DNA of 64,000 nucleotides from Eledone cirrhosa. Its lineage: Eukaryota. Below the pieces are notes generated by a model that worked only from the letters and a program-made list of their open reading frames with translations, was not told where the DNA came from and did no database searches. The DNA lies in NCBI GenBank assembly GCA_964016885.1, contig OZ024743.1:250418001-250482000 (forward strand), read 5' to 3'. The position numbers were made by a program, and so were the translations under genes. Shown one piece after another: positions 41,575 through 54,651 of the stretch; the stretch's first letter is position 1; the number at the start of each line of letters is the position of its first letter.

Positions 41575-42482
41575 TAATTGTTTCAAATTTAGGCACAAGG
41601 CCAACAATTTTTGGGTAGGTGAAAGTCAATTAAATTGACCTCATTGTGTTACTGGTACTTGTACTTTATTTTATTGACACCGTAAGGATGAAAGGCAAAG
41701 CTAACCTTAGTAGGATTTGAACTCAGAATGTGAAGAGGCAGAACAAATACAACCAATGGAAATTGTTTATGCTGATGGGACTTTATTCTACTAATAATAA
41801 TAATGTTTTCTAATTTAGGTACAAGACCAACAATTTGAGGGGAGAAAAAGCTGATTAAACTGATCCACTACTTGACTAGTACTTTATTTTATCGATCCTG
41901 GAAGGATGATAGGCAAAGTTAACCTTGATGAGATTTGAACTCAGAACATAAAGAATAAAAACAAATTCTGTAATTCATATTGTCTGATGCTCTAATCCAC
42001 CACCCTTTTATGATGAAAATAATAATTTCTTAATTGGCAACAAGCGTTCAGGACATTGGGGAGAATACAAGGACAAAGAAAATAATGATAGTAACAACAG
42101 AGTGGGGTTTACACATATGAAAATCTCCCTAGTGTATTTGATTTATATGTCTGAACACAGTACACTCTGTAAAGGGGTTGGTGATAGGAAGAACATCCAA
42201 GGGGACATCATTGAAGAGAAAATAGTAGGAATAACAATAACCGAAATTATAATAAATATATATATATATATAAAAATAGAAAACAATAACAAACGTTAAC
42301 AAGCACAATTTCCCCAAATAGTGGGCAAACTGCACTTTAGGAAGCCTTTTTTCTGTTATTTTCCTCCTACTTTGAAAAGCATAATCAGATTAGGCCCATT
42401 CAGCCTTGTCAATCTTTCACCCTTCTTTCATAAAACACACTAGAAGGCACACCTCTTTTTCGCCCCTCACCTTCCTTCTCAC

Positions 42483-42593
42483 CTGGTACTTTAACAAGTT
42501 GATGAGGGCTTGGCTGGAGATGAAGATTCTTGTAATCAAACCCTTTTAGAAGAATTCGAATTCTCCATTTAGCAGCTTCCTTTGCTATATTTC
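42483..42593 (-). CDS. Candidate isolated internal exon (111 bp, phase 1-1), product unknown
   Basis: Acceptor tcttcctctgtctag|G and donor CAG|gtgaga. A single open frame reads NIAKEAAKWRIRILLKGFDYKNLHLQPSPHQLVKVP. No homology recognised. Confidence 0.2.
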
Positions 42594-43659
42594 CTAGACA
42601 GAGGAAGACTTGCCAGCCACCCTTCTAAGAGAAGGTGGCAGTGCAATTTTCACTATGGACTTAGCTGAAGGGCAAGATAATAGAGCATTGGGTAAGATAA
42701 CTTGGTGTATATATTCTAGGTATCTTTACATTCTGAGTTCAATTTCTGTCTTCTCTCACAAGCTGGCCAGCCTTTACATGGTGAACTGGCAGAATTGTTA
42801 AAACATCTGGTTTTCTGGAACTATGGTAATAAAAGGGTTAAAAGTAATTTTGAATCTAAGAGCTGACATGACAACCTCTCTAGTGTAGGTGACTTATATG
42901 TCCAAACCCTGCAGTCTGTAAAGTGGTTAGGGATAGGAAGGGCATCCAACTATAGAAAACTTGCCAAAGAGTCAAGAGAACATTGAAGCTGTGTCAAATA
43001 CATGACAGCCGCCATAGTGTTGGTGCCAGGATAAAATGCATTTAGTAGAGTGTGAGAATGTATTGTAAGTGAGATACAGGTCCTAGATAGAGTGTAAGTA
43101 AGCAAGATGGAGGTCAGTAGCTCAGCTGGAGTTCAGACTTGAACTGTGATGACCCACCCTACCCTTATTAGGAGGGTAAACAGACATAAAATTGTGATGA
43201 TGATGACATTCTCCAAAAATAAACAAAAAATAAAACAAAAACAAAAAAACATATCAGAAGATATAGTAGAAACATAACACAAAACAAAGAATACATAACG
43301 AAGAATAAATAATGAAAACATAAAGCAGACATGAAAACAAACAAACATTTATAATCAGACATCACAAATATAACACACAGACACTGGCAAAATAAATAGT
43401 AAAAGTAAACAAAGCACCTGTTAAAACCAGAGAGAATATATAAAACCAAATAACAACAACATCAAACGTAAGTCTAATTATAGATTACTGTACTTAATGA
43501 ATAAAAGAAAAGATTGATGCCCCACGACAAAAGAAAAAAGCGATTTGAAGAGACCAACAAAAAACAAAAACTTATGAAGGAAGAAACAAAGAAAACTGTG
43601 ATGAGAAATAAAATTAAGGATCACTGAGTTAGATTGGAGTTAGATAGGTGTGGAGGAAC

Positions 43660-44020
43660 ACATAGCTATACAGTATAATAGAATGTCATACAGTATGGTA
43701 CACTGCCATACAGTGTAGTACACTAACATAAGGTGTGGTACACTGTCATACAATGTGGTATACTGACATACAGTATTGTACACTGATATACAGTGTGGTT
43801 TACTTCCATACTGTGTCATACACAACAATACAGTGAAATATAATGTAGTTTACTGCCATACAGTAATACAGTGTTGTACTCTGCCATAAAGTAATATATA
43901 CTCCCATACACTGACATACAGTGCAATAAACTTCAATGCAGTAGCCTATACTTCCACATAATGCCATACAATTTCGTAAACTATCATACAGAGTTAAATA
44001 CTACGATACAGTGTCATGAT
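43660..44020. repeat. Degenerate minisatellite (cactgccatacagtgtag-like, ~20-bp unit)
   Basis: Repeated actg(c/t)catacag(t) motifs. Confidence 0.7.
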
Positions 44021-44173
44021 GTTTTCAATGATAAATATATTTGCTTTGCAGCTTCATAATAATTTCTCTTGATTCATATATATGTGTGTGTGTGTATAAA
44101 TATATGTATATACGTATATATGTATGTGTGTATGTGTATATAAGGCTCTATATATATCTCTATATGTTTTTTT

Positions 44174-44271
<98 letters not shown>

Positions 44272-44587
44272 ATCAAGGAAGTGTGGTAAGGAACCAGCTG
44301 GACCTTAACGTAGCAGAGTACTCAATACTTGGGGTAGTAGAGTGGGTAATAGGAAAATGTTCAAGACCACGACGGCAGAGCTCAACCCATTTCGACGGCT
44401 ATTTCTGGACTGAGTCCAGAAATAGACGTCGAAACAGCTTGAGCTCTGCCGTCGGGGTCTTGAACATTTTCCTATATATATATACACAGATATACAAATA
44501 TATATATAAATATATATATACAGATCTACAAGCAGAGAAGAGCGGACTATGATGATGATGATGATATATATATATATACACAGATAT

Positions 44588-44656
<69 letters not shown>

Positions 44657-44749
44657 CGTATATATATATTTATATATATATATACATATACAAATATACA
44701 CACGCATATATATACATATATATACCTATATACATATACATATATACAA

Positions 44750-45412
44750 GTATGTATACGTACATACATATATGTATACAGACGCACAGTAGTATGTATA
44801 TATATATACATACATGCACACATATGTATATATGTACGTATGGATTCACCGAACATTTATTATAATGCTCGCTGTGTTTGTAAACAAACATCCCGAATTA
44901 AGCCGTACAGTGTCTAGCAACCATCGTTTCTCATTTGTTCAACACTGACAAAGGAACGCTGTACTAGTTTCAAGCTTATTAGCTATCGTCAGCAACGTAT
45001 ACCTTCCTGCCAGATGATATGCAAATTAGGCTGCTCAGCCGTTAATATGCATAAGGAAAGTATATACTTTCAGACGTTCAATCATCTGGCAGGAAGGTAT
45101 ACGTTGCTGACGATAGCTAATAAGCTTGAAACTAGTACAGCGTTCCTTTGTCAGTGTTGAACAAATGAGCAACGATGGTTGCTAGACACTGTACGGCTTA
45201 ATACGGGATGTTTGTTTACAAACACACGGAGCATTATAATAAATGTTCGGTGAATCCATACGTAGATATCTATATGTGTGCATGTATGTATATATATATA
45301 CATACTACTGTGCATCTGTATACATATATGTATGTATGTATACATGCTTATATTTAAGTAACAGACGTACTAAGAGTGAGAAATGAAATTTTGTTTCATT
45401 TTTTCCGTTTAT
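44750..45412. mobile_element. Palindromic pair of the 440-bp hammerhead repeat
   Basis: Arms ~44750-45018 and 45081-45350. Hammerheads at 44956-44998 (-) and 45101-45143 (+). Confidence 0.78.
45101..45143 (+). ncRNA. Minimal type I hammerhead ribozyme
   Basis: ACGTTG CTGACGA tAGCT-aata-AGCTt GAAA CTAG TA CAGCGT. Identical inverted copy at 44956-44998. Confidence 0.78.
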
Positions 45413-45426
45413 ATACATATATATAT

Positions 45427-45511
<85 letters not shown>

Positions 45512-45898
45512 CGTTTCTGAATTTGTTTAGCAAGATTCTTTATCTGAAATCGTGTGTTGAAACCGACACACACACAAAATGGCGTAGGATAGAAGAAAGG
45601 AAAGGCACAGAAACGAAGAAAGAAATCCCCAGTCACTGAAGAGGTCACAGAGTGTGTGACGAAAGAACAATGACTATATATATATAAACAACTATCTGGT
45701 TGTGGAACCGACCAACCAACCAGAAATTTATAAATTTGTAAATTTGTAAATATGTAATAAATTAAATTGAAGTGAAAGCAACTGGTGCGTGTGTTTCTTA
45801 TTGGCAACATGACCCTCCCAAAGTACAAAAATATATATATATATATATATACATATATACATACATAAATATATGCGTTTATATATATATATACATAA

Positions 45899-45982
<84 letters not shown>

Positions 45983-46076
45983 GTGTTAAACAATATTCAA
46001 TGATTATGTCTAAGAATGAGTTTTACAGTAGATTGGAAACACTCAACGAGAATTATTTTCTGGAGTTATTAATATT

Positions 46077-46181
<105 letters not shown>

Positions 46182-46197
46182 TTAATAATAAATATAC

Positions 46198-46242
<45 letters not shown>

Positions 46243-46327
46243 CATATATACATATATGTGTATACATTTACATAGTTTTTTGGATCTGTCTTTACATTAA
46301 GACTCGATGGAAAAGTTTATTATAGTT

Positions 46328-46436
<109 letters not shown>

Positions 46437-46708
46437 GTATATATATATAGACATATATAAGCTTCTAAACTACTTCAACTATAATTGCAACGCAACGATG
46501 TATATGAATTAAATATATAAACAAAAAAAATAGACGAATATGAAATGTTCCTCATTAATATATTCTTCTTTGTTTTTTTGCCTGTGTTCATCCTCAACAA
46601 CACTTTTGTGTGTTTAATTTCTATCATAACTTATTTTTTGTGGGAGAAAGAGGAATAATGGCACAACAAACAAAACAATATAGAAACCAGAATCTGAAAA
46701 CAATGATG

Positions 46709-46747
<39 letters not shown>

Positions 46748-46916
46748 ATTTTATATAACTGCTCTGTAGAACAACTGATGTTATTACATTAAGCTATTTA
46801 TCTTACTGGTAATAAGGTAGTAATAAATTACTGTCTTTCATTGTTTAAGGTTTAAAATATATATAACTATAAAAAGTTTTAGTATATACATAATCATAAA
46901 TAGTATCCTTAATACT

Positions 46917-48739
<1,823 letters not shown>

Positions 48740-49089
48740 TATACATTATGTCAACACCACAATATGACATACACACACACACATAATACCTTCTACTTTA
48801 GAAAATAAAAACCCGAACTAAATAAACCTTAACTTACGTTTGCACTGGCAATACAACAACAAACACGAAAAAGTAAGGAAAATATGTTCATTCAAAAATA
48901 TTCCTACTAAAGGAATCACTTTCCTACACACACACATACACACACACACAATATATATATATATATATATATTCTCTTCATCTTAACATGCTAACCATAC
49001 TCCCACACACATAACACCCATACACACACATAACAACCCCCACACCTACAACTCCCTCCCCCTATCTCTACTAATAGAATCATCTTCCA

Positions 49090-49171
<82 letters not shown>

Positions 49172-49685
49172 ACACACAAGCACACAAATAAACATACATA
49201 TCTTCACTTCAATAGAAAATCTGAACTCTGACACCCCGGCCAGCTGGCCATATTCACTGAACCAGAACAATTCTCCCAATCCCTTTTCTCTTGACCACTA
49301 TCTCTCCATTGTCATAACATTCTCTATAAAGACTACAGAATAGTTTTCCAAATAAGGGCGCAAAAATGTAATGAAAACTTGTTCACGTGACAGCCAAATT
49401 TCATTTATAACCAACCAAAAAAAAGCCTTCGTGAGCCTCCTTTTTTCAAGTAAAAAGAAATTCAAACACTCATATATGAAAAAACAACCTGTGACAACCC
49501 CCCCTCTCTTATTTGAAGAACTATTGTAACGCGAACTGGCGCGAAATTTATTATAATTATTGACAAACCAATCAAATTACTTCTCGAAAAACCTGGCATT
49601 TCGAGCCACTTTTTCCATATAAAACAAGTAACATTCAGAGACCAACCAGATGTGAGAAAAACCACAGACCCTCCATCTCAACTCA

Positions 49686-49723
49686 CCTTTTGAAAAGCAG
49701 AAGAACTGCGAAACCGGTAAAGG
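49686..49723 (+). ncRNA. Minimal type I hammerhead ribozyme in the PLE pLTR (U3-A8 core variant)
   Basis: CCTT TTGAAAA GCAG-aagaa-CTGC GAAA CCGG TA AAGG. Identical copy at 57692-57729 (-). Confidence 0.75.
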
Positions 49724-49888
49724 AACCAAATAAATATATATATTTAAAAAAAAAATAAGACTCCAGTTGCATTTTCGATTTCATCTCTTTTTCTTTATAC
49801 TTTCACTCGTGTAGGACATCTCGGTTATTTTTCATTTTGTAAAAAAAACCTCACTTTCTAATATATACCCACCACACGAAGACCGAAA

Positions 49889-51091
49889 ATGCCACCAAAG
49901 TCTCAACAAAACAACAACTCACTGAACCAGGACATCTTAAATGAACTCAAAGAGATTTCCTCTAAACTCTCAATTTTGACCAACAAAGTGGACCAAATAC
50001 ACATCTATAAAAAAGGACCCCACGAAGAAACAGAAAATACCCAAGAGACGAATATTACTCCAGTATTAACTAAGCTAATCGAAACCATTGAAACAGCAAT
50101 GCTCCAAAAGCTTGAACAACCGTCAGAACCCAATCTACGAGATGTCCACTCAGTGAAAAACACCCTAATCAACATATGGACTCAAAAGCTCACAGCCCGC
50201 AAATTCGCCCTTTGGAATCTCCTAAAAAATAATGGCAAGGCAGACATATATGAAAAGTGGCTAAACTCTACCCCAATCATCCTCCCCAAAAAACTCCAAA
50301 TAAAACCCATCCCGAATGAACCAGAAAACCAACAAAGACTTAGGGAAAAGATGGCATTGGAAAAATTTAAAACAGAAATAGAACTGTTGCGATTAAGAGC
50401 CAACTCCAACGAAGAAAAATTCAAGTCACTCGACCAACAGATGGACACAGAAATCTCAAAGCACTCTGAAGGCCTACTCTACAAAAAAACCCTAAAACTT
50501 TGGAAAGAAAACTGTGAGGATGAAGAACTAACATCCCTCCAGCGATGGGAAAAAAACGCCACCTGGTTCAACAACTACGAAATGGACTTCAAAAATGAAC
50601 AACATACAGGTAACCCATTTTTAAAACAAACTAAAACTCACACACCACATGCACAACAAATAACAAAAAAAGTAACAAAACGTCCAACATACCCCCAGCA
50701 AAACTATAACGATAATCCCAGAAACCATAGACAAAACTATAACCCTACTAACAAAAACCAAAGATCCCCGAACACAAGGCAGGACCTGATCCGCAGATCA
50801 CAACCCACACAAAACCTATTCCAAAACCGTAGACCCCTGCCCACACAGAGCCTGTTCCAAAACCGTAGATCCCAACCCACACAAAGGAACCAAATCTACA
50901 GCCCGGACTATCAACAAACCGAACCTCAATACGTCCGAAACTCCTATACAAGACGACACAACAACAGAGGAAATACCATTAGATATAATAATACCAATGA
51001 AAAAACATTCCAGAAAAATCATTTTTTAGACCAAGGCTACAGGACTCACGACACCCGGTGGCACAAACCGATTTTGAAAAACCGAAAATAA
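49889..51091 (+). CDS. PLE ORF1, 400 aa: predicted coiled-coil middle and Q/N/R/P-rich C-terminus
   Basis: Uninterrupted ATG-TAA ORF between the pLTR and the RT N-terminus. 12-aa repeats RRSQPTQNLFQN/RRPLPTQSLFQN. Confidence 0.8.
   Translation: MPPKSQQNNNSLNQDILNELKEISSKLSILTNKVDQIHIYKKGPHEETENTQETNITPVLTKLIETIETAMLQKLEQPSEPNLRDVHSVKNTLINIWTQKLTARKFALWNLLKNNGKADIYEKWLNSTPIILPKKLQIKPIPNEPENQQRLREKMALEKFKTEIELLRLRANSNEEKFKSLDQQMDTEISKHSEGLLYKKTLKLWKENCEDEELTSLQRWEKNATWFNNYEMDFKNEQHTGNPFLKQTKTHTPHAQQITKKVTKRPTYPQQNYNDNPRNHRQNYNPTNKNQRSPNTRQDLIRRSQPTQNLFQNRRPLPTQSLFQNRRSQPTQRNQIYSPDYQQTEPQYVRNSYTRRHNNRGNTIRYNNTNEKTFQKNHFLDQGYRTHDTRWHKPILKNRK
51022..51028 (+). promoter_or_regulatory. Candidate -1 programmed ribosomal frameshift site U_UUU_UUA
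   Basis: In ORF1 phase (caT TTT TTA). The -1 frame is open directly into the PLE motif IINISNTNLS..ILSKGLKFTPTP. Confidence 0.7.
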
Positions 51092-51723
51092 TTAACATTT
51101 CAAATACAAACCTCTCAGCCAAACAAGTAAAAATTCTCTCCAAAGGTCTGAAATTCACACCAACACCACAATACCCTAACCCAACGAGATAAATGACGAT
51201 ATCTCACACTTCTGTAGAAAATTACGTCTCACAGAGGAATTCTTTGACAAGGAGAATAACGACGAATCAATTGTACGGAATAAAAGCAGCTACAACCCAA
51301 CAAAAGGTAGAAACAGAGTTCTGGACAAATTTTGTGACCACATAGCTACCTTCCCATACCATGAACTACCGCAACCTAAACCCAAACCCAACACAAGTCG
51401 AAGGGAATGGGAGATTATCCATGAACTAAAAAACAATACGGACATTGTAATTAAGGAAGCGGATAAGGGAAGTACTGTTGTCATTATGGAGGCTGAAAAA
51501 TATAAAATTCTATGTTCTCTCTCTTACAAAATACTAATTACTATGAAAGAGTAAAAAAACTACCAGCAATCAAAAATAATGACCAAATTAAACACACTGA
51601 TTTATCGATACCAGGAAGACCTAACTAAAAAGGAACGCGATTATTTAACAAATTGTGAATACAAAACCAGCAACCTTTACGGACTTCCGAAGATCCACAA
51701 ATGTAAAATAATCAACGATGCCT
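51028..51723 (+). pseudogene. PLE RT N-terminal region (frameshifted by decay)
   Basis: NLS..LSKGLKFTPTP, FCRKLRLTEEFF, IVIKEADKGSTVVIM (DKG motif) and LYGLPKIHK. Confidence 0.88.
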
Positions 51724-51754
51724 ATATATATATATATATATAATATATATATAT

Positions 51755-51926
<172 letters not shown>

Positions 51927-52126
51927 ATATATATATGTTATATATATATTGGCACTATCGGTAAGGGTCGGATGCCATGCTTTGAAGCATAGAGTTACCT
52001 CTCTTTATGATCTGAGTTCAATTCCCGCCTAGGTTAATTTTTGCCTTTCATCCTTACAGGGTCGATAAAATAAAGTACCAGTAATGCACTGGGATAATTG
52101 CTGGCCTTGTGCCAAAAAGTAGAAAC

Positions 52127-52168
<42 letters not shown>

Positions 52169-52534
52169 ATAATAATAGTTAATAATAATTGTTTCTACTT
52201 TTGGCACAAGGCCAGCAAATACTCAGTGTATTACTGGTACTTTATTTTATCGTCCCCATAAGGATGAAAGCCAAAGTTAACCTCGACGGGATTTGAACTC
52301 TGAATGGCAAGGGCCGTAACTCTATGCGCAAAGCATGGCGTCCAACCCTCTACCGATACCGCCAATCGACCGCCATTAATTGTTAATAATAATGATATTA
52401 TTTATACTTATATATAAACTATATATAATTATAAATAGGAAAGGTCATTTCATTATTTTTTATTTTTTACCACCTTATTACCAGTATGGAAAATGGCTCA
52501 ATGTAAATACAACAGATGTATTACAGAGCAGGAA

Positions 52535-54040
52535 TATAAAGTACAGAACAATCAAATCTATGTTTAATACATTTTATTGCTGACAATCGTTTCTTCCAAA
52601 CAGCCGTTTGGAATCATCGGATCATTGGCAAAGTTTAAACACATAATTAAATACCTATTCTAGAGAACAATCATAAAGTTACGTTGATATTTTTTATACT
52701 ACATAACAGCTTTACTTCTGCTTGGATTGTTTAATTTAATTACCTATCTGATCCACTCTCAACGCATGCATCAACAAAACTTTGTATATGTATATTACAC
52801 AAGTTCCTTCACAATTTTCACCTTATATTCTACCCATGCTTTCCTGACTGCTTAATATCTTCATTCTACTCCCTCCACAACACTGTTATCAAGAAGTCCT
52901 CTTGTGAACGTGACCTGGGCATTACTCTCAGCAGCGATTTTCGTTGGACAAAGCACGTCTCTAAGATTGTCAAGAAGACCGAGAGTGTCTTGGCATCACT
53001 CAGCAAGACCTTTGTTAGCCGCTCTCCAGCTATCTATTTAAAGCTGTATATAGCTATGGTACGACCACACTTGGAATTCGCATCATCAGTCTGGAACCCC
53101 TATCTTGCTCAGAACATTGACCTCCTGGAAACTGTTCAGAGATGTGCAACCGAGCGCATACCCTCCATCAGACACCTACCATACTCTGAACGCCTTGCTC
53201 CCCTGGGCATGGATTCAATGAAGCTCCGACGTCTGCCAATGGACTTGGTAAACACCCACAAAGTTATTAACCATCTCGCCAACAACAACCCTGAGCACCT
53301 TTTTGATCTCCATGTGTCTAACACACGTGGATATGCCTACAGAGTCAGAAAACAGCACAGCTCCCATGACTTTCGGAAACATTTTTTCACGTTTAGAGTT
53401 GCTGAAGCAAGGAACAAACTGCCTGCATCAGTTGTTAGCTGCCGAGACACTGCATCCTTTAAAACCCTCATGCTTCCCGAAATTCGCCAAAACTACACCT
53501 GATGTCCCCCTTCCATACACATGTACACATGTGTATATCATGACTCATGCACTGTTCATTTTCCTGACGTTTGTACATTACCCTATGTACTATACACACA
53601 CTTTTGATGAGTTGTAGTGCACCTGAGTACTGTACACAATATTTTCATTATTATTACTACACCTATATTTTGTGATATCTTTGCCATATTATGCTGTATA
53701 TGCTTAATACCTTGCTTTCTTTACCATATTATTCTGTGCATGTTTAATGCCTATGCATTCTTACTGTCTATATGCCTATGTACCATTAATGTCCTCATTT
53801 GCGAGTAACCTTTTATACTCTTTATTATACACATTGCTACACCTTCACTCTCTTTGAATATGACACTATTTATAGCAACAATAATATCAACGTATCTTTA
53901 TGATTGTTCTGTAGAATAGGAATTTAATTATGTGTTTAAACTTTGTCAATGCTCCGATGAATCCAAACGGCTGTTTGGAAGAAACGATTGTCAGCAATAA
54001 AATGTATTAAACATAGATTTTGATTGTTCTGTACTTTATA
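52535..54040. repeat. ~157-bp inverted repeats (52535-52691 / 53883-54040) with a hammerhead-like motif, bracketing a CR1 insertion
   Basis: CCGATGA (T/A)TCCAAAC-ggct-GTTTGGAA GAAA CG.. occurs on the outward-facing strand of each arm. Confidence 0.7.
52860..53660 (+). mobile_element. CR1-clade LINE 3' fragment
   Basis: ERDLGI, LYIAMVRPHLEFASSVWNPY, LETVQR.AT, LPYSERL, NTRG and FFTFRV; (ATT)n tail at ~53648. Confidence 0.9.
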
Positions 54041-54054
54041 TATATATATATATT

Positions 54055-54630
54055 GAGCATAAGAGGAATCAAATACTGTGTGCAGGAGAGGCGGTGGCGT
54101 TGGTATGGACATGTGATGCGTATGAAGGATGACAGCTGTGTAAAAAAGTGCAAAGCACCAGTAGTCGATGGAAACCGTGGAGTGGGGAGACCGAAGAAGA
54201 CCTGGGATGAGGTGATAAAAGCCGACCTTACCTAATTACACCTCTCAAAAGCGATGACACACGACCGTGACCTCTGGTGTCACGCAGTAATACAGAAGAT
54301 CCGACCCCCCACAAATACAAGCCGAAGCTGAAGCAGATAGACAATATCCCCCACACCCCCCTACTGCAAAGTGTTCGTGGAGGTGCCACGGCAAAAAAGC
54401 ACCCATCCCACACTGTAAACTGGACGTGTAAGCGCCATGGAAAAAAAGCGCACACAGCACTCACTGTAAATGATGTTGGTGTTAGGAAGGGCATCCAGCT
54501 GTAGAAATCAATCCAGAATCAGTTCCCGTATGAGCAAGACAAGGTCAGCCGACCGGACACTGCCCACAAAAGGACAGCCCGTCTAACCCATGCTAGCGTG
54601 GAAGAACGGACGTAAAACGGTGAAGATGAT
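54055..54630 (+). mobile_element. RTE LINE 3' end plus SINE-like tail
   Basis: ERRWRWYGHVMRMKDDSCVKKC..GRPKKTW; ggtgttaggaagggcatcc; ggacgtaaaacggtgaagatgat. Confidence 0.85.
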
Positions 54631-54651
54631 ATATATATATATATATATCAT

